DNA of 64,000 nucleotides from an uncultured Flavobacteriaceae bacterium (GTDB lineage Bacteria; Bacteroidota; Bacteroidia; Flavobacteriales; Flavobacteriaceae): NCBI GenBank assembly GCA_964453045.1, contig CAYVNR010000006.1, positions 83,747 to 147,746 of the forward strand, read 5' to 3'. Shown piece by piece: positions 49,587 to 59,996 of this stretch (position 1 is its first letter; each line of letters starts with the position of its first letter). The notes under the pieces were generated by a model. It saw only the letters and a program-made list of their open reading frames with translations, ran no database searches and was not told where the DNA came from. The position numbers and the translations under genes were made by a program.

Positions 49587-51875
49587 TTATGTAAGTAATT
49601 CGTTAACTTTATTAATAAAGATATCTGACAGTGAAGAAACTGGGTTGGCAAGGTAAATCCGTGGATCCACCTCCTTAATAAAATAGTTCGGTTTTGGGAT
49701 AAAAGTCTTCCCAATCCTATTGCATTTAAAAGTATGGTACCCATTTTGTAATAACAAAATTGTTTTAGTGACTTTCTGACCATCATCATTTTCTACCTCT
49801 AAATCAATTTCTAATTCTACTTTTTGACCTACAGAAGTATACAATATGAATTTTTTAGAATTATATTTATACTTAATATCATTTCCATTATTGTCTAAGA
49901 AATGGCCATTTTCATCACTAAGGTGAATTCCGTTAATTATCCATTTAATCCTAATTGGGAACTTCATAAGGTTAGTCCAAAAATTTATTTCACACTTAAA
50001 ACTTGCTTCACTCTGATTACAAGACAGAAAACCATCAATATCTTTTTTAAACGTAATGCTGTATTCATCACTAACTGTTAATGGAATCCAATTAACTTTA
50101 GTCGTTAAAGAAGGGACAGGGTTGTTATAGACGACCCATTGGAGCATTAGATTAAAGCTATCATTTCTCATCAGACTTAATTTACATAATCTTCCTTCAT
50201 TTGTAACTACCCCTAGCGTCATTGGCTTGAAATCGAGTGATGATGGATTCATTAATGGGATATTAAAAAAACTAATAAAAGTTCTATTTTTATTTAGCTT
50301 ATAGATATCATATGCATCTACATCTTCAAAATGTTTTGAAAAAGTGCGAAATTTACACCTATTAATAAATCTTAATCCAATAGACTTATCATAAGCCAAA
50401 TCAACATTATCGTCTGTGTAAAATTCATCGAAGAACTTGCCTTGATCTAAATCTAATTTCCAGTTTCCATTTACATCTATAGAATTCCGATTGTTAATGG
50501 TTAAAGTTGATTTATGTTTGATAACATTTCTATACACAATGTCATCTATGGTTATTCTTTCAGGAACCTTAAAATCACTTACAGGACCAATTGGGAACGT
50601 CACATTGAGATTTAAACTATCTGTACTTATTTCATTGCCCAAAAATAGTTCTACTAAATTATCAAAAGCTAAACTTTCCAATAGTGCTAGTACGACTGGT
50701 GCCACAATAGCACCAGCTACATTACCAACTATAGCACCTAATCCAATTGTAGATAACCAAACCCACCATTCTAAATCTACATTAACATCAATAACTGGTT
50801 CAGTGTTTTTTACAACAATATTTTCGGCTTCAATTTCCAACATTGCGTAGAAATAAAAACTAATATTTACGTTCGCTGGTCCTTTCTTTGTAAATAATTT
50901 CCCTTTAATCAAAACCTTTTCATCCTCAATTGTGATTTGCAAAGACCTAAAGTCAACTATATGACCATTAATGTTTTGGTTTTTTATTTCCTTAATTAAA
51001 GTACAAGGGTCTTCAAAATAGTCTGGTATAAGTGAAATTGGAATCTCAAACCTTCTAGCTAAAGCAATTTTTATACTGAAATATGTAAAACTATTACCAA
51101 CTACAATTAAGGAGGTATCATTTTCCGTTAAAAATGACTGATTTATATTGGTTAAATCAGAAGCATTGTTTGCTCTATAGTCTGCTCCAACAATAATTGA
51201 ACTCTTGTCGGGATTAACATTTGATAATGTGGTGATATCAACCTTATTATAGACCCCATCTATTCTATAATTATTGTCATCATCTTCGTCTTCTGGACCT
51301 TCATCTAGAAGAACTTTATTATTTATTGGTATTTCTGACCCTACATAAATATACCCTACTTCATTTCTTAAAAAACTAATTATACTCTCTTTTATCAATT
51401 CATCAAAATCATCTTTACTAATATTTAAAATGCTTAATAGATCTGAATAGTTTGGAGGATTGGTAATGCTAAAATCTACTATTAAATTCGGATCATTAAA
51501 ATCTATTGCGATTCGGCTATAGCTCCTGTTGTTTGAACTTGCACCACTCTCTATTGTAATTGTTGTTGTTAAGATAATTTCACCAGCTAGAGACATCAAT
51601 TCAAAATTTGGGATGGTTGAAATTTCTAACGTAGATTTATAAAAAGGTATAATTAACGTAACCCTTAGGCGTTCAGGTAGTATGTTAATTTGTGGTGCTC
51701 CAAAGTTCAACGTATAACTAATTTCATAACCTTGAGCATTAAAACTCCCACTATGACCTGGAGGAAAGCTTATTAACTGTCCCCCCTCACTATGACTCAT
51801 ATCTAATTGTTCATTAATCTCAGATTGACTTATTTCAAAAAGAGCATCAAAACCTGCTGTTAAATTTGACCCCAT
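49587..51875 (-). CDS. Large hypothetical protein, possibly TULIP/P47-like, with an internal hydrophobic hairpin
   Basis: 762 aa, no signal peptide, N-terminal FDALFEISQSEINEQL, hydrophobic WWVWLSTIGLGAIVGNVAGAIVAPVVLALL. Confidence 0.6.
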   Translation of the reverse strand: MGSNLTAGFDALFEISQSEINEQLDMSHSEGGQLISFPPGHSGSFNAQGYEISYTLNFGAPQINILPERLRVTLIIPFYKSTLEISTIPNFELMSLAGEIILTTTITIESGASSNNRSYSRIAIDFNDPNLIVDFSITNPPNYSDLLSILNISKDDFDELIKESIISFLRNEVGYIYVGSEIPINNKVLLDEGPEDEDDDNNYRIDGVYNKVDITTLSNVNPDKSSIIVGADYRANNASDLTNINQSFLTENDTSLIVVGNSFTYFSIKIALARRFEIPISLIPDYFEDPCTLIKEIKNQNINGHIVDFRSLQITIEDEKVLIKGKLFTKKGPANVNISFYFYAMLEIEAENIVVKNTEPVIDVNVDLEWWVWLSTIGLGAIVGNVAGAIVAPVVLALLESLAFDNLVELFLGNEISTDSLNLNVTFPIGPVSDFKVPERITIDDIVYRNVIKHKSTLTINNRNSIDVNGNWKLDLDQGKFFDEFYTDDNVDLAYDKSIGLRFINRCKFRTFSKHFEDVDAYDIYKLNKNRTFISFFNIPLMNPSSLDFKPMTLGVVTNEGRLCKLSLMRNDSFNLMLQWVVYNNPVPSLTTKVNWIPLTVSDEYSITFKKDIDGFLSCNQSEASFKCEINFWTNLMKFPIRIKWIINGIHLSDENGHFLDNNGNDIKYKYNSKKFILYTSVGQKVELEIDLEVENDDGQKVTKTILLLQNGYHTFKCNRIGKTFIPKPNYFIKEVDPRIYLANPVSSLSDIFINKVNELLT

Positions 51876-52261
51876 TATTTATTTTTTAAGTTTATTTTTT
51901 GCTCAAATTTTATACTGTCTAGTTTAATACCAGTTGGAATATCTTCAACATTCTTATATTGGTTTCTTATCGAAATTAATTTTGATATATGTTTTTGGTT
52001 TTGAAGTATGTTCGAGTTTACTAGCGCATCTATGGGATCTGAAATAAAATTTTTCATATTAGATTCATCAGAGTTTAACCATTTAATAAATAATCTCTCA
52101 TGACAAACTATTTCATCTAAAATCTGTTTAGGAATTTCGGAATATTTATTGAAATAATCTATTGGGACATTTTGATTGCCCTTTATTTTAAATTTCAAGT
52201 TTAAATTCAAATTCATAGCTGGGCTAAACTTAATAACTGCATTAGATTTATTGAAGTACAT
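51875..52261 (-). CDS. Hypothetical protein translationally coupled to the 762-aa gene
   Basis: Its stop codon overlaps the start of the next gene at 51875. Confidence 0.7.
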   Translation of the reverse strand: MYFNKSNAVIKFSPAMNLNLNLKFKIKGNQNVPIDYFNKYSEIPKQILDEIVCHERLFIKWLNSDESNMKNFISDPIDALVNSNILQNQKHISKLISIRNQYKNVEDIPTGIKLDSIKFEQKINLKNK

Positions 52262-52403
52262 GTTAAAATTGATTGTAGTTAATTGATTTTAAAAGATTTT
52301 CATTGTAGTCCATATTTTTAACATTAATTATAGTTTCAATATTAAGATAGACCTTTTTACACTTGTGTTATGGTGTCGTTCACATCCTGTGTGAAATCAT
52401 TAC

Positions 52404-53414
52404 TCACTCAGGTTCCTTAGCCATATAGGCAGTTGTGTTAATAAATTCACGAAGAACAACATCCTTATATTTTTCAATTAACCTATTAACTTCCGTTGAA
52501 GAGGCACTATAGTCTAAATTCAAATATACTTGTCGTCTAAAATGTATTGTATTTACCAAGTAATTATCTAAAGCACTTGCGTATGGTTCAAATAAATATT
52601 CTTCAGTATCTAAATTTCTACTATCAAAAAAATCTTTGATTTCCTCAGAACATGAGTTATAAGCACCCAACCTGTTATCAAGAAAATCTAAGAATTGTGA
52701 TTTTGTTCTTAATTTTTCTTTCAAATCTGGTCTTGTACTAACTTTATCAGTAATACATTCATCCATTTTTTCTAGATGTTTTAATGTTAATCTAAAAATT
52801 TTAGCACCTTTTGATAACTTATCACCATCACCTTCATCACCATAAAAATCAGATTCTTGTACGTACCCCACCCATTCATCATACCAATAAGGGGTTTCGC
52901 TTGAAATGTATTTTCTGAATTTGGGTGCAAATTGAATATTTTCTTCATTTCTATAGCTTTGTAATGACAAAGTCATTGCAACACAGGCAATTTGTTCACC
53001 AGACATTTTAATAAGTGTGGTTTTGAAATACTTTTCTAGAGTAGAAATGACTTTGTTTTTATCTTCGCTATCAAATGCTGTTTCAACTATAAAATCTTTA
53101 ATCATCTCGATAGCAAAAAAAGGAGGTAACCAATCATCGTCTTGAGCATCAATATTCGTAACGTACGTACCGTCTTTTCTCAGAAGCAAGCTCATTTTTG
53201 AGTTTGTGTAGTTTATTTCAATATAAATCTCATTCCCTTGAATATTATAAGTGCCTGACTCATAAGTATTGGTTGGATGTGCTAGTTTAGCTAGCAGACT
53301 AACTCCTTTATATTTGAAGAAATGTTCTAAATCAGATTGGGATTTGACAGTGAGACTGCAAACTAATAACACTATCAAAATCAAAGGTTTGACTCTTGAA
53401 GAATTGGTTTTCAT
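52404..53414 (-). CDS. Secreted hypothetical protein
   Basis: 336 aa with a signal peptide. Confidence 0.72.
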   Translation of the reverse strand: MKTNSSRVKPLILIVLLVCSLTVKSQSDLEHFFKYKGVSLLAKLAHPTNTYESGTYNIQGNEIYIEINYTNSKMSLLLRKDGTYVTNIDAQDDDWLPPFFAIEMIKDFIVETAFDSEDKNKVISTLEKYFKTTLIKMSGEQIACVAMTLSLQSYRNEENIQFAPKFRKYISSETPYWYDEWVGYVQESDFYGDEGDGDKLSKGAKIFRLTLKHLEKMDECITDKVSTRPDLKEKLRTKSQFLDFLDNRLGAYNSCSEEIKDFFDSRNLDTEEYLFEPYASALDNYLVNTIHFRRQVYLNLDYSASSTEVNRLIEKYKDVVLREFINTTAYMAKEPE

Positions 53415-53994
53415 AATAACTTGTTATATTTTGATTAAGTTTTAAAGGCCAATTCAGCAACATAATTTATCCCATAGAAATATTTTGAAATCAATAAATT
53501 TCTATAAATTCATGAATTTGCCAGTTCAAGTTATTAAAAGGGTAATAAAAACGAGATATTTATTATAAGTCAAGGGATTAACAAATTAAGAAAAAAAAAT
53601 TACTTGATAATAATTTATTCAATTTTTTTTGAAGGTATTCATTTTATAATGAAAACTAGAGATAACCCCATATAAACACTCCCAAGAAATTAGTTTAATC
53701 AAAGTGGACATGCTATAATAGCTTGGACATAGAGTTGAAGAAATATCTTAGCAGATTTTTAAAAAATAGGAATCACGGAATTTCAGCTAGAAAATAGATT
53801 AAAAGAGTTCTTGAAAATAAATAACTTCATAATCTGATAATGAATTTGACAAAAAATAACGCAATACAACACCGTATTTAGCTCTTTGCTCCAAAATCTG
53901 GTCATAGTATACCAGCAAATAGGGTAATTGTGGAAAATCTGGATAAACCAGAAATATAGGTTTGAATACAAATCAATATGATAATCTTCAATAA

Positions 53995-54020
53995 AAAACA
54001 CTCAACTTAGTGAGTGTTTT
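53995..54020. terminator. Terminator-like hairpin
   Basis: AAAACACTCA-ACTTAG-TGAGTGTTTT just after the stop at 54025 (minus strand). Confidence 0.65.
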
Positions 54021-54024
54021 AATT

Positions 54025-54519
54025 TTATTTTTTAACATCTGTTTCAAGTACCCTTCCATTCAAAGAAATAATATCACTACGAGAAGATTTTGGATCACTC
54101 CCCTTTTTGCGTAACAATCTTTGTGTATTAAATAGAGAACGGCACTTTATATTAAATTCAGTATAGTTAACAGCATCCTCTTTTTTCTTAAGACTGTTAA
54201 CATACTTCTCATACCATTCACCGTTGGTAATCAAATTGTCCTTGGCTTTCATTAAGATATCAAATGCTGCACTGGCAACTGAATTTAACCCTCGCTGTGA
54301 TTCCGATAAATCAAACCCCAAGCTTTCAATCTTTTTATGCTGTTTGTCATCTGCATACTTAAGTAACACCGATAGATCCTTTCGGTAATCTTTTAAACGG
54401 TCTACAATAGTTCGCTTCTCGCCTTTTGCCTCCTCAATCTTTTGTTCAGCCTGAGAAAGTAATTCTTGATCTGTTTTGATATTCTCGATGAGAACATCAA
54501 CAATACTTGAATTGTCCAT
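54025..54519 (-). CDS. Hypothetical coiled-coil protein
   Basis: 164-aa ORF with a coiled N-terminal half. Confidence 0.72.
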   Translation of the reverse strand: MDNSSIVDVLIENIKTDQELLSQAEQKIEEAKGEKRTIVDRLKDYRKDLSVLLKYADDKQHKKIESLGFDLSESQRGLNSVASAAFDILMKAKDNLITNGEWYEKYVNSLKKKEDAVNYTEFNIKCRSLFNTQRLLRKKGSDPKSSRSDIISLNGRVLETDVKK

Positions 54520-54551
54520 AATTTATATAATTTTTAAATTAATATTCATTT

Positions 54552-55082
54552 TTAAGGTAATCGCCAAAGGGTATGGATGAGATAGTCCGATGGGTCTTGT
54601 CCTGTTCGTGAGCAGAAGAGGTCGATCTCATTTTGAGCCTCTTCCTTGGTTTCAAAAAAGAACGTCGGCATGGTAGTAACTCGATATCTGTCCTCTTCTT
54701 TTACATCTGACGTGTAAATGGCAAACACCCTATCTTTTATTCCTGCTTTGAGCTTTAGAGCACGATAGTTACTGTAATCGTACTTGTCCCACTTCCAAAT
54801 CTCCTTAGTTGCTAAATAGTGCGAACACAGTCCCAATTGATTGAGTATGTCCATTAATTTTTTGGTAGTTACCTCATATTTGTGCTCACAATGAGATTTA
54901 ATGGTCTCAGTAAAATGATCATGATCTTCAAGGCGCAATGCTTCTTTGATTACGATATTGATATCCTCTTGTGACCATCCTTCACGTAATGCTACGTGAG
55001 TAAATAATCCAATGATGCTTTCATGGTCTGCCTTGTAACAATCAAGGTCCAAGTTCACAGTTTTGTTTACTTCTTGTTTCAT
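54552..55082 (-). CDS. Hypothetical protein
   Basis: 176-aa ORF in the MTase gene string. Confidence 0.7.
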   Translation of the reverse strand: MKQEVNKTVNLDLDCYKADHESIIGLFTHVALREGWSQEDINIVIKEALRLEDHDHFTETIKSHCEHKYEVTTKKLMDILNQLGLCSHYLATKEIWKWDKYDYSNYRALKLKAGIKDRVFAIYTSDVKEEDRYRVTTMPTFFFETKEEAQNEIDLFCSRTGQDPSDYLIHTLWRLP

Positions 55083-55110
55083 AGTATTTAATTTTTAAAA
55101 TTTTGACTTT

Positions 55111-55899
55111 TTAAATCATGTAATTGGCCGTTAAGACCTCAATCTTAGATTTTCGCTTCTGTCCTTCAACCCCTTTTGGTGCTGATAGGGTTTTACTGAT
55201 TTTCTTAGTGTACCAACCATTCTTCTTTATGTATTCATCAAGAATATCTGACGGATACGAACTCAAGAGAAACTTTCCTTTAACTGATGAGAGGGTTTCA
55301 AGAAGTCTGATATAGTCTTCTTTACTGTAGTTCCCATAGTGCCCCATATCCGAGTTGTAGTACGGTGGGTCAACGTAATGAAAAGTGTCAACTGCATCTC
55401 TACTTTGAATAACCTTGCAAGCATCATTGCTCTCAATTTGAACATTTTTCAAACGCTCGGAAACTGATTCATCAAAAATGAGCTTACGATTTCTAAAAGC
55501 TTTGATTCTTTTGCCATACTTGTCATAACCCCACGATCCAATCCTACAGGCAAAACCCATATTGGTTGCTACATAGAATGCCCATGCCTGCTGTAATTTG
55601 TTAAACAAGTGTGGCATTCTGTAAATACTCCACGCCACCGTATAGGTAGCCCGTGAAAATAAGGTCGCTTCAACTTTTTTCTTAAGGTTCTCAAAATTGT
55701 TTTGGGTAACTTCATAGAAGTTTACCACCATATCATTGATATCGTTGATGGTCTCGGCTTCCGCTGGTTCTTTTGCAAAGAATATTGCACCACCACCAAA
55801 AAAGGCTTCGGTGTAGATTCTGTGCTCTGGAATCAGAGGAAGAATGGTCGATACCATATTGATTTTTCCACCGTAGTAGGATATTGGGGTGCGCTTCAT
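55111..55899 (-). CDS. DNA adenine methyltransferase (D12/Dam-like class)
   Basis: YYGGK, EAFFGGGA and YVDPPY motifs. Confidence 0.92.
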   Translation of the reverse strand: MKRTPISYYGGKINMVSTILPLIPEHRIYTEAFFGGGAIFFAKEPAEAETINDINDMVVNFYEVTQNNFENLKKKVEATLFSRATYTVAWSIYRMPHLFNKLQQAWAFYVATNMGFACRIGSWGYDKYGKRIKAFRNRKLIFDESVSERLKNVQIESNDACKVIQSRDAVDTFHYVDPPYYNSDMGHYGNYSKEDYIRLLETLSSVKGKFLLSSYPSDILDEYIKKNGWYTKKISKTLSAPKGVEGQKRKSKIEVLTANYMI

Positions 55900-55914
55900 A
55901 ATCTGATGTGATGG

Positions 55915-56382
55915 TTAGAGTTTGCCCTCGTGGACCATTGAAACAAATGATTCCGAGGTGATGATAATATGGTCGAGAATGCGCATGTCCATCATCGTGG
56001 CAATAGTCTGTATCTTTTTGGTCTCCTTGATATCAGATTGTGATATGGTCAAGGTTCCACTTGGATGATTGTGTGCAAGAATGATGGCGGTAGCATTGGT
56101 AAGTAGTGCCAATTGAAAGATGTACTTCGGGTTTGGCTGAACCCCACAGGATGTTCCTGTTGCGACTTCTGAGAGTCCCAGGACATGATTGGCGTTGCTC
56201 AGCAGCATGACCCAAAAGCTCTCGCGCAAATCAAGCTGTTGCTTGTGTACGTATTTGCGAAGCACGTCCACTGCACACTCGGGACTCGCCACTTGGTGCA
56301 TATGATATGTATGGGGTCGCAGATAGTGCAGTTCGACTTTTGAGCTCCCAAGTAGCTCGGTACTTGGTAACATTGTTTTCAT
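55915..56382 (-). CDS. radC: RadC-like JAB domain protein
   Basis: E...HNHPSG...S..D motif and RILDHIII; start moved to MKTML. Confidence 0.9.
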   Translation of the reverse strand: MKTMLPSTELLGSSKVELHYLRPHTYHMHQVASPECAVDVLRKYVHKQQLDLRESFWVMLLSNANHVLGLSEVATGTSCGVQPNPKYIFQLALLTNATAIILAHNHPSGTLTISQSDIKETKKIQTIATMMDMRILDHIIITSESFVSMVHEGKL

Positions 56383-56449
56383 ATGTATTGAGTTTAAGGT
56401 TCTGTTTGTGACCAGTATGGATGAAGTATATTTTGCAGAATAGATGTGG

Positions 56450-57646
56450 TTATGAACTGAAATGTGGTTTGACAATAGATATGTAGTGAATGCAAGTAGC
56501 TGAGAATGCCTTGCTCGGCTTACCGTTAATCATGAGCTTCAGATAGATGTCGAAGTTCTCTAGGTTGGTAAAGTCAGAAGCTTGGAACTCTGGTGTGAAG
56601 ACTTGCTCTAGGTACTTTGCGTCTGCGTGACCAGTTCTAAACGCTATGATGGTTCCGACGTTACCCAACACGGCGTTTCTGATATCGGTATCGAGTTGAT
56701 GAAGGTACTGATGGGCCATGACGAGCGACACCTTGAACTTCCGTAACTCAGAGAGCATTGAGGTAATGGACTGTGTGGTGTAGTTCTGAAATTCGTCTAG
56801 AAACACGGCTACTGGCTTTCGGTAGTACTCGGCTGTATCAACTCGTGAAAAAGAAGCGTTCATGATTGCATTGAGCAACAGCGAACCTAGAATGTGCGAA
56901 GTATCGACACCTAGACTTCCCTTGTTAAGGTTAATCAGTACGACTTTATTGGTATCGATGGCATTGCGCAGAGACAGCTCTCGTTTGTTATCGATCAAAA
57001 ATCGTTTTATGGCTGGATGAACCACAAAAGCTCCAACTTTATTTAAAATCGGGATTAAATCATTCTTGGTGTACTTGGCAAATTCATACTGCCAAAATTG
57101 CTTCACATCTGAACTTACGATATTCTCAATACACTTTTGCCGAAATGAAACATCATGAATAATTCGAGGAATATCAGAGAAGTTGCTCTCTTCTTGGTCA
57201 AGCAAGGTCAAGAGAATGTAGCGGAGAATGTGCTCGAGCTTTACGCCCCATGCACCTCGCCAGAGCTTCTTAAAGGTATCGAGGATACCAGAAGCTACCA
57301 TAGAACGTTTCTCGTATGAAACTCGCTTCAGTGGATTGTATCGGTATGAAAGTGATGTATTGGGAATATCAAGGTAGATGAGGTTCTGCTTCCTATTACC
57401 AGGAATGTTGTTGAGAATTGTTGCAGTGAGGTCACCATGTACGTCAAAGACACAGACCGCTCGTCCGTAGATGATGTCCTGAAGGATGAGCGTGGTTAAG
57501 AGGTTTGTCTTTCCAACCCCTGTCTTTCCGAGGATGTAAGTGTGCAGAAGCCTATCGTGCTGGTAGATACCAAAGAGCTGACCATCATCTCTGAAATTGG
57601 GTCGGGCAAAGTAGCTGATGTTCCTGTTCAATCCCTCATTGTTCAT
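56450..57646 (-). CDS. Second TraD/VirD4-like ATPase
   Basis: Walker A GKTGVGKT, Walker B VFLDEFQNY, ELRKFKVSL; probable start MNNEG at 57646. Confidence 0.85.
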   Translation of the reverse strand: MNNEGLNRNISYFARPNFRDDGQLFGIYQHDRLLHTYILGKTGVGKTNLLTTLILQDIIYGRAVCVFDVHGDLTATILNNIPGNRKQNLIYLDIPNTSLSYRYNPLKRVSYEKRSMVASGILDTFKKLWRGAWGVKLEHILRYILLTLLDQEESNFSDIPRIIHDVSFRQKCIENIVSSDVKQFWQYEFAKYTKNDLIPILNKVGAFVVHPAIKRFLIDNKRELSLRNAIDTNKVVLINLNKGSLGVDTSHILGSLLLNAIMNASFSRVDTAEYYRKPVAVFLDEFQNYTTQSITSMLSELRKFKVSLVMAHQYLHQLDTDIRNAVLGNVGTIIAFRTGHADAKYLEQVFTPEFQASDFTNLENFDIYLKLMINGKPSKAFSATCIHYISIVKPHFSS

Positions 57647-57675
57647 CGTGGAAGTATGAACGAATGCAAAATATA

Positions 57676-57719
57676 CAAAAGGCGTGATGAGGTATGTCAC
57701 TACCTCTTCACGTCTTTTG
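57676..57719. other. Strong hairpin/cruciform
   Basis: 19-bp arms CAAAAGGCGTGATGAGGTA / TACCTCTTCACGTCTTTTG (17/19 complementary), 6-nt loop. Confidence 0.65.
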
Positions 57720-57972
57720 CTTCATTCTAACAGAAGCTAAAGTATTTCTGTTATGAACAAACAACACAAACATCTACATCAATTTATCAATTCAATCTGC
57801 AAGTGCAGAAACAAGGAAGAGCAGAAACAAGCAGAATTAAATTTTCTGCGATTTATCAAACTCGCAGAAAAAATTCACGAGCGTATGAATAAGAATCGAT
57901 AGGTATTGACTCCTTACACGGTCTCCACCTACACTGGCAATATTACTAGCCTTATTATCTACCAACCACTAT

Positions 57973-59586
57973 ATGAAAAATGTTTATGGATACATTCGTG
58001 TATCAACTACCGAACAAGTTACTGGTGCTTCACTCCCGGAACAAAAGAGCGCCATTGAAGAGTATGCAAAAAAGAACAGCCTTACCGTCATACACTTCTA
58101 TGAAGAATCCAAAACTGCAGCGAAAAAAGGACGTCCGTTGTTTTTGGAAATGATCAAAAACCTCAAAAAAGGAAAAGCCAAAGGTGTCATTATGCATAAG
58201 ATCGATAGAAGCGCAAGAAATCTACATGACTGGGCATTGGTTGGTGACTTAATCGATAGTGGAATTGATGTTTTTTTTGCACACGAGAGTTTGAACATGA
58301 ACGAGCGTGGAGGAAGACTTTCTGCTGATATTCAGGCTGTGATGGCTTCCGATTATGTCAGAAACTTGAGACAAGAAATCTCAAAAGGATTATATGGTCG
58401 TTTAAAACAAGGATTCTACCCTTGGAGTGCCCCATTAGGCTACATAAATAACGGTAGTGGTGAACACAAAACAATAGACCCTGTAAATGGTAAGCTAATA
58501 AAAGAACTTTTTGAATTATACATGTCTGGAAAATATAATATAGAATCTCTTTCGAAAGAAATGGAAATCCGTGGATTAAGAAACAGAAAAGGTAATAAAG
58601 TATGTAAAAACGGTATAGTCAGAATACTGAAAAATCCATTTTACATTGGTATCATAAAAGTAAAAGGACAATTCTTTAACGGCAAACACGAACCTATCCT
58701 TGAGACCAAATTATTCGAACGTATTCAAAAAATTCTGAGAGAAAGGAACAAAGGGAAATCGTTAAAGCATAGTTACCTTTTTAGAAAATTAGTAAAATGC
58801 CACAATTGCAATTATACAATGTCTGGTGAAATCCAGAAAGGTCATATCTATTATCGATGTAAAACTAGAAAATGTAGAACCAAATGCGTTCGTGAAGATA
58901 TACTGGAAAATTACGTCATTAAGCTATTAAAAACTCTTAAATTATACAATACAGAAGTAAAACAGCTGACCAAAATAATTGAAGATGAAAAAGGAAATGC
59001 CTTAAAAGTTCAAAGCCAAATTTTGAAAGAATACAATCTCAAAATCTCACAAATAAATGAAAAAGAACAAAGGCTCTTAGATGCGTATTTAGAAAAGGTA
59101 ATTACCAAAGAAGAATATACAAAGCAAAAAGAATTTATGCTCATAAAAATAAAAGAACTTCAAGAAAAAAAAGAAAAGATTAATACAGATAAAAAAGAAA
59201 TATTTAAGCAGATATCAAGTTTTGTCGAACTCTGTAAAACCCCTGTAAAATACTATAAATTAGCAAATCAAGATGAAAAGCGAGAAATGCTAGAAATAAT
59301 AAGTTCGAACCTTAGAATTGATGGTCGAAGAGCCTTATTTACAATGGTTTCTCCTTATTCCGATCTCTCATTTAGGAGTATTTCTTCATCATGTGGTGTT
59401 AATCAAGAGACCAGCCGAACAATGAACCGCATAATTGTCTATTCGGATAAAAATACCTCCCCCATCATGCCCAAACCTATGAACGCGAAACAGATTAAAG
59501 AGTTCTATCACTTCTTGTATGGATGTTCTGAGTCACTATCCAAGATAGTTTTGACTCAAGAGCACTTCAATACTGTTGATAGCTAG
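57973..59586 (+). CDS. Large serine recombinase (integrase 2)
   Basis: YGYIRVS, KIDRSARN, Zn ribbon (CHNC...C....C), coiled coil. Confidence 0.94.
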   Translation: MKNVYGYIRVSTTEQVTGASLPEQKSAIEEYAKKNSLTVIHFYEESKTAAKKGRPLFLEMIKNLKKGKAKGVIMHKIDRSARNLHDWALVGDLIDSGIDVFFAHESLNMNERGGRLSADIQAVMASDYVRNLRQEISKGLYGRLKQGFYPWSAPLGYINNGSGEHKTIDPVNGKLIKELFELYMSGKYNIESLSKEMEIRGLRNRKGNKVCKNGIVRILKNPFYIGIIKVKGQFFNGKHEPILETKLFERIQKILRERNKGKSLKHSYLFRKLVKCHNCNYTMSGEIQKGHIYYRCKTRKCRTKCVREDILENYVIKLLKTLKLYNTEVKQLTKIIEDEKGNALKVQSQILKEYNLKISQINEKEQRLLDAYLEKVITKEEYTKQKEFMLIKIKELQEKKEKINTDKKEIFKQISSFVELCKTPVKYYKLANQDEKREMLEIISSNLRIDGRRALFTMVSPYSDLSFRSISSSCGVNQETSRTMNRIIVYSDKNTSPIMPKPMNAKQIKEFYHFLYGCSESLSKIVLTQEHFNTVDS

Positions 59587-59648
59587 TTTCTTTTCTCGGT
59601 AAATAGTGTTTGCATTAAGGGATTATCCACTTATAACGCAAACACACC

Positions 59649-59957
59649 ATGTATACACACCACCACCATAATCAACAAGGCAACCTAATCTTCCGTACCG
59701 GGACAGATAAAAAGGGGTACTCTTGCGAAGTGTACGAACACATTCCATCACCCCAAGAGATCCACTATGCCAAACACCTCAAGACAGAACCTCTTGAGTT
59801 TATTACAGAACTTATGCCAACCAATTCATACTGTGAACAGATATTGGCATCTGAAAAGCTTACCAACCTCGTTAGCCTGATGAACAAGATTAGTGCAAGG
59901 TTAACATCAGAGGAGAATGATGGGCAAGGAGAACCTAAGCAGATGCAGCTATTTTAA
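59649..59957 (+). CDS. 102-aa protein with C-terminal QxxLF motif (copy 1)
   Basis: Ends EPKQMQLF*; lies inside repeat unit 1. Confidence 0.7.
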   Translation: MYTHHHHNQQGNLIFRTGTDKKGYSCEVYEHIPSPQEIHYAKHLKTEPLEFITELMPTNSYCEQILASEKLTNLVSLMNKISARLTSEENDGQGEPKQMQLF

Positions 59958-59987
59958 TGGTTCCATAACAACATCTATCTGACATGG

Positions 59988-59996
59988 TTATCCACA
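59988..59996 (+). promoter_or_regulatory. DnaA-box consensus TTATCCACA (also 60751-60759; one-mismatch boxes at 59623 and 60386)
   Basis: Exact 9-mer match to the established DnaA box. Confidence 0.45.

Noticed and set aside
53640-54001. Stop-riddled plus-strand fragments and the 72-aa minus-strand ORF
   Set aside because: Possibly a decayed gene, but no recognisable motif supports a call.
59392-59420. Junction sequence as a tRNA 3' fragment (CCGAAC resembles a reversed T-loop)
   Set aside because: No cloverleaf or acceptor stem can be formed, and no tRNA was seen in the window.
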